A stretch of 64,000 nucleotides of DNA, from NCBI GenBank assembly GCA_009914755.4, contig CP068257.2, positions 544,001 to 608,000 of the forward strand, read 5' to 3'. Origin of the DNA: the human T2T-CHM13v2.0 reference genome, Homo sapiens. The translations under genes and the position numbers were made by a program. The notes below the pieces were generated by a model. The model saw nothing but the letters and a program-made list of their open reading frames with translations, searched no databases and was not told the DNA's origin. Shown piece by piece: positions 30,881-45,800 of the stretch; position 1 is the stretch's first letter, and every line of letters starts with the position of its first letter.

Positions 30881-33800
30881 TCTCTGCACTGATCACCCAG
30901 GTGACATAACTCTTCTCTACGATCTGCCTACAGGGTGCTTTGTGACATATCCCTGCACTGATCACCCAGGTGATCTAACACTGGTCTAAGCTCTGCCTAA
31001 AGGGGCATTGTGACAGATCTCTGCACTGATCACTCAGGTGATGTAACTATTGTCTAGGCTCTGCTTAAAGAGGCCTTGTCACATATCTCTGCACTGGTCA
31101 CCCAGGTGATGTAACTCTTGTCTAGGCTCTGCTTCCAGGGCATATTGTGACATATCTATGCACTGATCACCTTAGTGATGTAACCCTTGTGTACGCTCGG
31201 CCTACAGGGGAATCTTGACCTATCTCTGCACTGTTAACCGAGGTGATTTAACTCTTGTCTAGGCTGTGCCCACAGGGGGATTGAGACATATCTCTGCACT
31301 GATCCCGAAGTGATCCAACTCTTGCCTGGTCTCTGCCTACTAGGGACATTGTGACATATCTCTGCACTGATCTCCCAGGTGCTGTAACTTTAGTCTAGGC
31401 TCTGGCTACACGGCATTGTGACATATCTCTGCACTGATCACCCACGTCATGTAACTCTTGCCTAGGCTCTGTCTACAATGGTCTTGTGACATATCTCTGC
31501 ACTGATCACCCAGGTGATATAACTGTTCTCTAGCATCTGACCACAGGGTGTTTTGTGACTTATCCCTGCAATGATCACCCAGGTGATATACCACTTGCCA
31601 AGGCTCTGCCTACAGGGGCATTGCAATGTATCTCTGCACTGATCACCTAGGTCTTGTAACTCTTTTCTAGGATCTGCCTACAGGGTGCTTTGTGACGTAT
31701 CCCAGCAAGGATTACCCAGGTGCTGTACCTCTCATCAAGGCTCTGCCTTCAGGCACATTGCGATGTATCTCTGCACTGATCACCTAGGTCATGTAACTTT
31801 TGTCTACGCTCTGCCTACGATGGCATTGTGACATATCTCTGAACTAATCATCCAAGTGATGTAACCCTTGTCTAGGATATGCCTAAATTAACTTTGTGAC
31901 ATAACCCTGTAGTGATCATCCAGGTGATGGGGCTTCTGTCTAGGCTCTGCCTAAGGGGGCATTGTGACATATTTCTGCATTGATCACCCAGGTGGCGAAC
32001 TCTTCTCTTGGATCTGCCTATGGGGGCATTGTGACAAATCTCTGCATTGATCAAACAGGTGATGTAACTGTTGTGTAACCTCTGCCTACAGGGGAATTGG
32101 GAGAGATCTCGCCACTGATCACCCAAGTGATGTAACCATTGTCTAGGCTTTGCGTACAGGGTGCTTTGTGACATACCTTTGCACTGATCACCCAGGTGAT
32201 GTAACACACCTAAGTTCGGCCTAAAGGAGCTTTGTGACATATCTCTGCACTGATCACTTAGGGGATGTAACACTTTTATAAGCACTGCCTACAGGGAATT
32301 TTGACGAATCTCTGCACTGATCACCTAGGTGATGTAACTCTTGTCTACCCTCTGTCCAACGGGGCATTGTGAAATATCTCTGCACTGATCACCCAGGTGA
32401 TTCAACTCTTGACTAGGATCTGCCTACAGAGGTTATTGTGAAATATCTCTACACTGATAAACTAAGTGGTGTAACCCTTGTCCAAGCTCTGCCTACAGGG
32501 GCGTTTTCACATATCCCTGAACTGATGACAAAGGTGATGTAACTTTGCCTAGGCTTTGCTTACAGGGGACATTGGACATATATCTGCACTGATCACCCAG
32601 GTGATGCAACTCTTGCCTAGGCTTTGCCTACAGGGGACATTGTGACATATCTCTTCAATGATCACCCATGTGATGCAACTCTTGCCTAGGCTTTGCCTAC
32701 AGGGGACATTGTGACATATCTCTGCACTGATCTCCCAGGGGCTGTAACTTTATTCTAGGCTCTGGCTACACGGCATTGTGACATATCACTGCTCTGATCA
32801 ACCAGGTGATATAACCCTTGTCTAGGCTCTGCCTCCAGGGGGCTTGTGACACATCTCTGCACTGATCACCTAGCTGTTATAACTCTTCTCTAGGATCTGC
32901 CTACATGGTGCTTTGTGACATATCCCTGCACTCATCACCCAGGTGATCTAACACTGGTCTAAGCTCTGCCTAAAGGGGCATTGTGACAGATCTCTGCACT
33001 GATCACTCAGGTGATGTAACTATTGTCTAGGCTCTGCTTAAAGAGGCCTTGTCACATATCTCTGCACTGGTCAACCAGGTGATGTAACTGTTGTCTAGGC
33101 TCTGCTTCCAGGGCATATTGTGACATATCTATGCACTGATCACCTTAGTGATGTAACCCTTGTGTAGGCTCGGCCTACAGGGGAATCTTGACCTATCTCT
33201 GCACTGTTAACCGAGGTGATTTAACTCTTGTCTAGGCTGTGCCCTCAGGGGGATTGAGACATATCTCTGCACTGATCCCTAAGTGATCCAACTATTGCCT
33301 GGTCTCTGCCTACTAGTGATATTAAGACATACCTCTGCACTGATCTCCCAGGTGCTGCAACATTAGTCTAGGCTCTGGCTACACGGCATTGTGACATATC
33401 TCTGCACTGATCACCCACGTGATGTAACTCTTGCCTAGGCTCTGCCTACAATGGTCTTGTGACATATCTCTGCACTGATCACCCAGGTGATATAACTGTT
33501 CTCTAGGATCTGACCACAGGGTGCTTTGTGACATATCCCTGCAATGATCACCCAGGTGATATAACTGTTCTCTAGGATCTGACCACAGGGTGTTTTGTGA
33601 CTTATCCCTGCAATGATCACCCAGGTGATATACCACTTGCCAAGGCTCTGCCTACAGGGGCATTGCAATGTATCTCTGCACTGATCACCTAGGTCTTGTA
33701 ACTCTTTTCTAGGATCTGCCTACAGGGTGCTTTGTGACGTATCCCAGCAAGGATTACCAAGGTGCTGTACCTCTCATCAAGGCTCTGCCTGCAGGCACAT

Positions 33801-36800
33801 TGCGATGTATCTCTGCACTGATCACCTAGGTCATGTAACTTTTGTCTACGCTCTGCCTACGATGGCATTGTGACATATCTCTGCACTAATCATCCAATGA
33901 TGTAACTCTTGTCTAGGATCTGCCTAAATTAACTTTGTGACATAACCCTGTAGTGATCATCCAGGTGATGGGGCTTTTGTCTAGGCTCTGCCTAAGGGGG
34001 CATTGTGACATATTTCTGCATTGATCACCCAGGTGGCGAACTCTTCTCTTGGATCTGCCTATGGGGGCATTGTGACAAATCTCTGCACTGATCACCCAGG
34101 TGATGTAACTGTTGTGTAACCTCTGCCTACAGGGGAATTGGGAGAGATCTCGCCACTGATCACCCAAGTGATGTAACCATTGTCTAGGCTTTGCGTACAG
34201 GGTGCTTTGTGACATACCTTTGCACTGATCACCCAGGTGATGTAACACACCTAAGTTCGGCCTAAAGGAGCTTTGTGACATATCTCTGCACTGATCACTT
34301 AGGTGATGTAACACTTTTATAAGCACTGCCTACAGGGAATTTTGACGAATCTCTGCACTGATCACCTAGGTGATGTAACTCTTGTCTAGCCTCTGTCCAA
34401 CGGGGCATTGTGAAATATCTCTGCACTGATCACCCAGGTGATTCAACTCTTGACTAGGATCTGCCTACAGAGGTTATTGTGAAATATCTCTGCACTGATA
34501 AACTAAGTGGTGTAACCCTTGTCCAAGCTCTGCCTACAGGGGCGTTTTCACATATCCCTGAACTGATGACAAAGGTGATGTAACTTTGCCTAGGCTTTGC
34601 CTACAGGGGACATTGGACATATCTCTGCACTGATCACCCAGGTGATGCAACTCTTGCCTAGGTTTTGCCTACAGGGGACATTGTGACATATCTCTTCAAT
34701 GATCACCCATGTGATGCAAATCTTGCCTAGGCTTTGCCTACAGGGGACATGGTGACGTATCTCTGTACTGATCAACCAGGTGATATAACTCTTTTCTAGG
34801 CTCTGCCTCCAGGGGGCTTGTGACATATCTCTGCACTGATCACCCAGGTGATATAACTCTTCACTAGGATCTCACTACAGGGTGCTTTGTGATATATCTC
34901 TGCACTTATCACCCACGAGATATAACTCTTGCCTAGGCTCTGCCTACAATGGTCTTGTGACATATCTCTGCACTGATCACCCAGGTGATATAACTGTTCT
35001 CTAGGATCTGACCACAGGGTGCTTTGTGACATATCCCTGCAATGATCACCCAGGTGATATAACTGTTCTCTAGGATCTGACCACAGGGTGTTTTGTGACT
35101 TATCCCTGCAATGATCACCCAGGTGATATACCACTTGCCCAGGCTCTGCCTACAGGGGCATTGCAATGTATCTCTGCACTGATCACCTAGGTCTTGTAAC
35201 TATTTTCTAGGATCTGCCTACAGGGTGCTTTGTGACGTATCCCAGCAAGGATTACCCAGGTGCCGTAACTCTCATCAAGGCTCTGCCTGCAGGCACATTA
35301 CGATGTATCTCTGCACTGATCACCTAGGTCATGTAACTTTTGTCTACGCTCTGCCTACGATGGCATTGTGACATATCTCTGCACTAATCATCCAATGATG
35401 TAACACTTGTATAGGATCTGCCTAAATTAACTTTGTGACATAACCCTGTAGTGATCATCCAGGTGATGGGGCTTTTGTCTAGACTCTGCCTAAGGGGGCA
35501 TTGTGACATATTTCTGCATTGATCCCCCAGGTGGCGAACTATTCTCTTGGATCTGCCTATGGGGGCATTGTGACAAATCTCTGCACTGATCACCCAGGTG
35601 ATGTAACTGTTGTGTATCCTCTGCCTACAGGGGAATTGTGAGAGATCTCGCCACTGATCACCCAAGTGATGTAATCATTGTCTAGGCTTTGCGTACAGGG
35701 TGCTTTGTGACATACCTTTGCACTGATCACCCAGGTGATGTAACACACCTAAGTTCGGCCTAAAGGAGCTTTGTGACATATCTCTGCACTGATCACTTAT
35801 GTGATGTAACACTTTTATAAGCACTGCCTACAGGGAATTTTGACGAATCTCTGCACTGATCACCTAGGTGATGTAACTCTTGTCTACCCTCTGTCCAACG
35901 GGGCATTGTGAAATATCTCTGCAGTGATCACCCAGGTGATTCAACTCTTGACTAGGATCTGCCTACAGAGGTTATTGTGAAATATCTCTGCACTGATAAA
36001 CTAAGTGTTGTAACCCTTGTCCAAGCTCTGCCTACAGGGGCGTTTTCACATATCCCTGAACTGATGACAAAGGTGATGTAACTTTGCCTAGGCTTTGCCT
36101 ACAGGGGACATTGGACATATCTCTGCACTGATCACCCAGGTGATGCAACTCTTGCCTAGGCTTTGCCTACAGGGGACATTGTGACATATCTCTTCAATGA
36201 TCACCCATGTGATGCAACTCTTGCCTAGGCTTTGCCTACAGGGGACATGGTGACATATCTCTGCACTGATCAACCAGGTGATATAACTCTTTTCTAGGCT
36301 CTGCCTCCAGGGGGCTTGTGACATATCTCTGCACTGATCACCCAGGTGATATAACTCTTCTCTAGGATCTGACTACAGGGTGCTTTGTGATATATCTCTG
36401 CACTTATCACCCACGAGATATAACTCTTGCCTAGGCTCTGCCTAAAATGGGCTTGTGACATATCTCTGCACTGATCACCCAGGTGATATAACTGTTCTCT
36501 AGGATCTGACCACAGGGTGCTTTGTGACATATCCCTGCAATGATCACCCAGGTGATATAACTGTTCTCTAGGATCTGACCACAGGGTGTTTTGTGACTTA
36601 TCCCTGCAATGATCACCCAGGTGGTATACCACCTGCCAAGGCTCTGCCTACAGGGGCATTGCAATGTATCTCTGCACTGATCACCTAGGTCTTGTAACTC
36701 TTTTCTAGGATCTGCCTACAGGGTGCTTTGTGACGTATCCCAGCAAGGATTACCCAGGTGCTGTACCTCTCATCAAGGCTCTGCCTGCAGGCACATTGCG

Positions 36801-39800
36801 ATGTATCTCTGCACTGATCACCTAGGTCATGTAACTTTTGTCTAGGCTCTGCCTACGATGGCATTGTGACATATCTCTGCACTAATCATCCAAGTGTTGT
36901 AACTCTTGTCTAGGATCTGCTTAAATTAACTTTGTGACATAACCCTGTAGTGATCATCCAGGTGATGGGGCTTTTGTCTAGGCTCTGCCTAAGGGGGCAT
37001 TGTGACATATTTCTGCATTGATCACCCAGGTGGCGAACTCTTCTCTTGGATCTGCCTATGGGGGCATTGTGACAAATCTCTGCACTGATCACCCAGGTGA
37101 TGTAACGGTTGTGTAACCTCTGCCTACAGGGGAATTGTGAGAGATCTCGCCACTGATCACCCAAGTGATGTAACCATTGTCTAGGCTTTGCGTACAGGGT
37201 GCTTTGTGACATACCTTTGCACTGATCACCCAGGTGATGTAACATATCTACGTTCGGCCTAAAGGAGCTTTGTGACATATCTCTGCACTGATCACTTAGG
37301 TGATGCAACTCTTTCCTAGACTTTGCCTACAGGGGACATTGTGACATAATTCTTCAATGATCACCCATGTGATGCAACTCTTGCCTAGGCTTTGCCTACA
37401 GGGGAAATTGTGACATATCTCTGCACTTATCTCCCAGGGGCTGTAACTTTAGTCTAGGCTCTGGCTACACGGCATTGTGACATATCACTGCACTGATCAA
37501 CCAGGTGATATAACTCTTCTCTAGGCTCTACCTCCAGGGGGCTTGTGACATATCTCTGCACTGATCACCCAGGTGATATAACTCTTCTCTAGGATCTGCC
37601 TACAGGGTGCTTTGTGACATATCCCTGCACTGATCACCCAGGTAATCTAACACTGTTCTAAGCTCTGCCTAAAGGGGCATTGTGACAGATCTCAGCACTG
37701 ATCACTCTGGTGATGTAACTGTTGTCTAGGCTCTGCTTAAAGAGGCCTTGTCACATATCTCTGCACTGGTCACCCAGGTGATGTAACTCTTGTCTAGGCT
37801 CTGCTTCCAGGGCATATTGTGACATATCTATGCACTGATCACCTTACTGATGGAACCCTTGTGTAGGCTCGGCCTACAGGGGAATCTTGACCTATCTCTG
37901 CACTGTTAACCGAGGTGAATTAACTCTTGTCTAGGCTGTGCCCACAGGGGGATTGAGATATATCTCTGCACTGATACCGAAGTGATCCAACTTTTGCCTG
38001 GTCTCTGCCTACTAGGGACATTGTGACATATCTCTGCACTGATCTCCCAGGTGCTGTAACTTTAGTCTCGGCTCTGGCTACACGGCATTGTGACATATCT
38101 CTGCACTGATCACCCACGTGATGTAACACTTGCCTAGGCTCTGCCTACAATGGTCTTGTGACATATCTCTGCACTGATCACCCAGGTGATATAACTGTTC
38201 TCTAGGATCTCACCACAGGCTGCTTTGTGACATATCCCTGCAATGATCACCCAGGTGATGTAACTCTTCTCTAGGATCTGACCACAGGGTGTTTTGTGAC
38301 TTATCCCTGCAATGATCACCCAGCTGATATACCACTTGCCAAGGCTCTGCCTACAGGGGCATTGCAATGTATCTCTGCACTGATCACCTAGGTCTTGTAA
38401 CTCTTTTCTAGGATCTGCCTACAGGGTGCTTTGTGACGTATCCCAGCAAGGATTACCCAGGTGCTGTACCTCTCATCAAGGCTCTGCCTGCAGGCACATT
38501 GCGATGTATCTCTGCACTGATCACCTAGGTCATGTAACTTTTGTCTACGCTCTGCCTACGATGGCATTGTGACATATCTCTTCACTAATCATCCAAGTGA
38601 TGTAACTCTTGTCTAGGATCTGCCTAAATTAATTTTGTGACATAACCCTGTAGTGATCATCCAGGTGATGTGTCTTTTGTCTAGGCTCTGCCTAAAGGGG
38701 CATTGTGACATATTTCTGCATTGATCACCCAGGTGGCGAACTCTTCTCTTGGATCTGCCTATGGGGGCATTGTGACAAATCTCTGCACTGATCACCCAGG
38801 TGATGTAACAGTTGTGTAACCTCTGCCTACAGGGGAATTGTGAGAGATCTCGCCACTGATCACCCAAGTGATGTAGCCATTGTCTAGGCTTTGCGTACAG
38901 GGTGCTTTGTGACATACCTTTGCACTGATCACCCAGGTGATGTAACACATCTAAGTTCGGCCTAAAGGAGCTTTGTGACATATCTCTGCACTGATCACTT
39001 AGGGGATGTAACACTTTTATAAGCACTGCCTACAGGGAATTTTGACGAATCTCTGCACTGATCACCTAGGTGATGTAACTCTTGTCTACCCTCTGTCCAA
39101 CGGGGCATTGTGAAATATCTCTGCACTGATCACCCAGGTGATTCAACTCTTGACTAGGATCTGCCTACAGAGGTTATTGTGAAATATCTCTGCACTGATA
39201 AACTAAGTGGTGTAACACTTGTCCAAGCTCTGCCTACAGGGGCGTTTTCACATATCCCTGAAGTGATGACAAAGGTGATGTAACTTTGCCTAGGCTTTGC
39301 CTACAGGGGACATTGGACATATATCTGCACTGATCACCCAGGTGATGCAACTCTTGCCCAGGCTTTGCCTACAGGGGACATTGTGACATATCTCTTCAAT
39401 GATCACCCATGTGATGCAACTCTTGCCTAGGCTTTGCCCACAGGGGACATTGTGACATATTTCTGCACTGATCTCCCAGGGGCTGTAACTTTAGTCTAGG
39501 CTCTGGCTACACGGCATTGTGACATATCACTGCACTGATCAACCAGGTGATATAACTCTTGTCTAGGCTCTGCCTCCAGGGGGCTTGTGACATATCTCTG
39601 CACTGATCACCCAGGTGATATAACTCTTCTCTAGGATCTGCCTGCAGGGTGCTTTGTGACATATCCCTGCACTGATCACCCAGGTGATCTAACACTGGTC
39701 TAAGCTCTGCCTAAAGGGGCATTGTGACAGATCTCTGCACTGATCACTCTGGTGATGTAACTGTTGTCTAGGCTGTGCTTAAAGAGGCCTTGTCACATAT

Positions 39801-42800
39801 CTCTGCACTGGTCACCCAGGTGATGTAACTCTTGTCTAGGCTCTGCTTCCAGGGCATATTGTGACATATCTATGCACTGATCACCTTACTGATGTAACCC
39901 TTGAGTAGGCTCGGCCTACAGGGGAATCTTGACCTATCTCTGCACTGCTAACCGAGGTGATTTCACTCTTGTCTAGGCTGTGCCCACAGGGGGATTGAGA
40001 CATATCTCTGCACTGATCCCGAAGTGATCCAACTCTTGCCTTGCCTCTGCCTACTAGGGACATTGTGACATATCTCTGCACTGATCTCCCAGGTGCTGTA
40101 GCTTTAGTCTAGGCTCTGGCTACACGGCATTGTGACATACCTCTGCACTGATCACCCACGTGATGTAACTCTTGCCTAGGCTCTGCCTACAATGGTCTTG
40201 TGACTTATCTCTGCACTGATCACCCAGGTGATATAACTGTTCTCTAGCATCTGACAACAGGGTGCTTTGTGACATATCCCTGCAATGATCACCCAGGTGA
40301 TATAACTGTTCTCTAGGATCTGACCACAGGGTGTTTTGTGACTTATCCCTGCAATGATCACCCAGGTGATATACCACTTGCCAAGGCTCTGCCTACAGGG
40401 GCATTGCAATGTATCCCTGCACTGATCACCTAGGTCTTGTAACTCTTTTCTAGGATCTGCCTACAGGGTGCTTTGTGACGTATCCCAGCAAGGATTACTC
40501 AGGTGCTGTACCTCTCATCAAGGCTCTGCCTGCAGGCACATTGCGATGTATCTCTGCACTGATCACCTAGGTCATGTAACTTTTGTCTACGCTCTGCCTA
40601 CGATGGCATTGTGACATATCTCTACACTAATCATCCAAGTGATGTAACTCTTGTCTAGGATCTGCCTAAATTAACTTTGTGACATAACCCTGTAGTGATC
40701 ATCCAGGTGATGGGGCTTTTATCTAGGCTCGGCCTAAGGGGGCATTGTGACATATTTCTGCATTGATCACCCAGGTGGCGAACTCTTCTCTTGGATCTGC
40801 CTATGGGGGCATTGTGACAAATCTCTGCACTGATCACCCAGGTGATGTAACTGTTGTGTAACCTCTGCCTACAGGGGAATTGGGAGAGATCTCGCCACTG
40901 ATCACCCAAGTGATGTAACCATTGTCTAGGCTTTGCGTACAGGGGGCTTTGTGACATACCTTTGCACTGATCACCCAGGTGATGTAACACATCTAAGTTC
41001 GGCCTAAAGGAGCTTTGTGATATATCTCTGCACTGCTCACTTAGGTGATTTAACACTTTTATAAGCACTGCCTACAGGGAATTTTGACGAATCTCTGCAC
41101 TAATGACCTAGGTGATGTAACTCTTGTCTACCCTCTGTCCAACGGGGCATTGTGAAATATCTCTGCACTGATCACCCAGGTGATTCAACTCTTGACTAGG
41201 ATCTGCCTACAGAGGTTATTGTGAAATATCTCTGCACTGATAAACTAAGTGGTGTAACCCTTGTCCAAGCTCTGCCTATAGGGGTGTTTTCACATATCCC
41301 TGAAGTGATGACAAAGGTGATGTAACTTTGCCTAGGCTTTGCCTACAGGGGACAATGGACATATATCTGCACTGATCACCCAGGTGATGCAACTCTTGCC
41401 TAGGCTTTGCCTACAGGGGTCATTGTGACATATCTCTTCAAGGATCACCCATGTGATGCAACTCTTGCCTAGGCTTTGCCTACAGGGGACATTGTGACAT
41501 ATCTCTGAACTGATCTCCCAGGGGCTGTAACTTTAGTCTAGGCTCTCGCTACACGGCATTGTGACATATCACTGCACTGATCAACCAGGTGATATAACTC
41601 TTGTCTAGGCTCTGCCTCCAGGGGGCTTGTGACATATCTCTGCACTGATCACCCAGGTGATATAACTCTTCTCTAGGATCTGCCTACAGGGTGCTTTGTG
41701 ACATATCCCTGCACTGATCACCCAGGTGATCTAACACTGGTCTAAGCTCTGCCTAAAGGGGCATTGTGACAGATCTCTGCACTGATCACTGAGATGATGT
41801 AACCGTTGTCTAGGCTCTGCTTAAAGAGGTCTTGTCACATATCTCTGCACTGGTCACCCAGGTGATGTAACTCTTGTCTAGGCTCTGCTTCCAGGGCATA
41901 TTGTGACATATCTATGCACTGATCACCTTAGTGATGTAACCCTTGTGTAGGCTCGGCCTACAGGGGAATCTTGACCTATCTCTGCACTGCTAACCGAGGT
42001 GATTTCACTCTTGTGTAGGCTGTGCCCACAGGGGGATTGAGACATATCTCTGCACTGATCCCGAAGTGATCCAACTCTTGCCTGGTCTCTGCCTACTAGG
42101 GACATTGTGACATATCTCTGCACTGATCTCCCAGGTGCTGTAACTTTAGTCTAGGCTCTGGCTACACGGCATTGTGACATACCTCTGCACTGATCACCCA
42201 CGTGATGTAACTCTTGCCTAGGCTCTGCCTACAATGGTCTTGTGACATATCTCTGCACTGATCACCCAGGTGATATAACTGTTCTCTAGCATCTGACCAC
42301 AGGGTGCTTTGTGACATATCCCTGCAATGATCACCCAGGAGATATAACTGTTCTCTAGGATCTGACCACAGGGTGTTTTTTGACTTCTCCCTGCAATGAT
42401 CACCCAGGTGATATACCACTTGCCAAGGCTCTGCCTACAGGGACATTGCAATGTATCTCTGCACTGATCACCTAGGTCTTGTAACTCTTTTCTAGGATCT
42501 GCCTACAGGGTGCATTGTGACGTATCCCAGCAAGGATTACCCAGGTGCTGTACCTCTCATCAAGGCTCTGCCTGCAGGCACATTGCGATGTATCTCTGCA
42601 CTGATCACCTAGGTCATGTAACTTTTGTCTACGCTCTGCCTACGATGGCATTGTGACATATCTCTGCACTAATCATCCAAGTGATGTAACTCTTGTCTAA
42701 GATCTGCCTAAATTAACTTTGTGACATAACCCTGTAGTAATCATCCAGGTGATGGGGCTTTTGTCTAGGCTCTGCCTAAGGGGGCATTGTGACATATTTC

Positions 42801-45800
42801 TGCATTGATCACCCAGGTGGCGAACTCTTCTCTTGGATCTGCCTATGGGGGCATTGTGACAAATCTCTGCACTGATCACCCAAGTGATGTAACTGTTGTG
42901 TAACCTCTGCCTACAGGGGAATTGGGAGAGATCTCGCCACTGATCACCCAAGTGATGTAACCATTGTCTAGGCTTTCCGTACAGGGTGCTTTGTGACATA
43001 CCTTTGCACTGATCACCCAGGTGATGTAACACATCTAAGTTCGGCCTAAAGGAGCTTTGTGACATATCTCTGCACTGATCACTTAGGTGATGTAACACTT
43101 TTATAAGCACTGCCTACAGGGAATTTTGACGAATCTCTGCACTGATCACCTAGGTGATGTAACTCTTGTCTACCCTCTGTCCAACGGGGCATTGTGAAAT
43201 ATCTCTGCACTGATCACCCAGGTGATTCAACTCTTGACTAGGATCTGCCTACAGAGGTTATTGTGAAATATCTCTGCACTGATAAACTAAGTGGTGTAAC
43301 CCTTGTCCAAGCTCTGCCTACAGGGGCGTTTTCACATATCCCTGAAGTGATGACAAAGGTGATGTAACTTTGCCTAGGCTTTGCCTACAGGGGACAATGG
43401 ACATATATCTGCACTGATCACCCAGGTGATGCAATTCTTGCCTAGGCTTTGCCTACAGGGGACATTGTGACATATCTCTTCAATGTTCACCGATGTGATG
43501 CAACTCTTGCCTAGGCTTTGCCTACTGGGGACATTGTGACATATCTCTGTACTGATCTCCCAGGGGCTGTAACTTTATTCTAGGCTCTGGCTACACGGCA
43601 TTGTGACATATCACTGCACTGATCAACCAGGTGATATAACTCTTGTCTAGGCTCTGCCTCCAGGGGGCTTGTGACATATCTCTGCACTGATCACCCAGGT
43701 GATATAACTCTTCTCTAGGATCTGCCTACAGGGTGCTTTGTGACATATCCCTGCACTGAACACCCAGGTGATCTAACACTGGTCTAAGCTCTGCCTAAAG
43801 GGGCATTGTGACAGATCTCTGCACTGATCACTCAGGTGATGTAATCCTTGTCTAGGCTCTGCTTAAAGAGGCCTTGTCACATATCTCTGCACTGGTCACC
43901 CAGGTGATGTAACTCTTGTCTAGGCTCTGCTTCCAGGGCATATTGTGACATATCTGTGCACTGATCACCTTAGTGATGTAACCCTTGTGTAGGCTCGGCC
44001 TACAGGGGAATCTTGACCTATCTCTGCACTGCTAACCGAGGTGATTTAACTCTTGTGAAGGCCGTGCCCACAGGGGGATTGAGACATATCTCTGCACTGA
44101 TCCCGAAGTGATCCAACTCTTGCCTGGTCTCTGCCTACTAGGGACATTGTGATATATCTCTGCACTGATCTCCCAGGTGCTGTAACTTTAGTCTAGGCTT
44201 TGGCTACACGGCATTGTGACATATCTCTGCACTGATCACCCACGTGATGTAACTCTTGCCTATGCTCTGCCTACAATGGTCTTGTGACATATCTCTGCAC
44301 TGATCACCCAGGTGATATAACTGTTCTCTAGCATCTGACCACAGGGTGCTTTGTGACATATCCCTGCAATGATCACCCAGGTGATATAACTGTTTTCTGG
44401 AATCTGACCATAGGGTGTTTTGTGACTTATCCCTGCAATGATCACCCAGGTGATATACCACTTGCCAAGGCTCTGCCTACAGGGACATTGCAATGTATCT
44501 CTGCACTGATGACCTAGGTCTTGTAACTCTTTTCTAGGATCTGCCTACAGGGTGCTTTGTGACGTATCCCAGCAAGGATTACCCAGGTGCTGTACCTCTC
44601 ATCAAGGCTCTGCCTGCAGGCACATTGCGATGTATCTCTGCACTGATCACCTAGGTCATGTAACATTTGTCTACGATCTGCCTACGATGGCATTGTGACA
44701 TATCTCTGCACTAATCATCCAAGTGATGTAACTCTTTTCTAGGATCTGCCTAAATTAACTTTGTGACATAACCCTGTAATGATCATCCAGGTGATGGGGC
44801 TTTTGTCTAGGCTCTGCCTAAGGGGGCATTGTGACATATTTCTGCATTGATCACCCAGGTGGCGAACCCTTCTCTTGGATCTGCCTATGGGGACATTGTG
44901 ACAAATCTCTGCACTGATCACCCAGGTGATGTAACTGTTGTGTAACCTCTGCCTACAGGGGAATTGTGAGAGATCTCGCCACTGATCACCCAAGTGATGT
45001 AACCATTGTCTAGGCTTTGCGTACAGGGTGCTTTGTGACATACCTTTGCACTGATCACCCAGGTGATGTAACACATCTAAGTTCGGCCTAAAGGAGCTTT
45101 GTGACATATCTCTGCACTGATCACTTAGGGGATGTAACACTTTTATAAGCAGTGCCTACAGGGAATTTTGACGAATCTCTGTACTGATCACCTAGGTGAT
45201 GTAACTCTTGTCTACCCTCTGTCCAACGGGGCATTGTGAAATAACTCTGCACTGATCACCCAGGTGATTCAACTCTTGACTAGGATCTGCCTACAGAGGT
45301 TATTGTGAAATATCTCTGCACTGATAAACTAAGTGGTGTAACCCTTGTCCAAGCTCTGCCTACAGAGGCGTTTTCACATATCCCTGAAGTGATGACAAAG
45401 GTGATGTAACTTTGACTAGGCTTTGCCTACAGGGGACATTGGATATATATCTGCACTGATCACCCAGGTGATGCAACTCTTGCTTAGGCTTTGCCTACAG
45501 GGGACATTATGACATATCTCTTCAATGATCTCCCATGTGATGCAACTCTTGCCTAGGCTTTGCCTACAGGGGACATTGTGACATATCTCTGCACTGATCT
45601 CCCAGGGGTTGTAACTTTAGTCTAGGCTCTGGCTACACGGCATTGTGACATATCACTGCACTGATCAACCAGGTGATATAACTCTTGTCTAGGCTCTGCC
45701 TCCAGGGGGCTTGTGACATATCTCTGCACTGATCACCCAGGTGATATAACTCTTCTCTAGGATCTGCCTACAGGGTGCTTTGTGACATATCCCTGCACTG

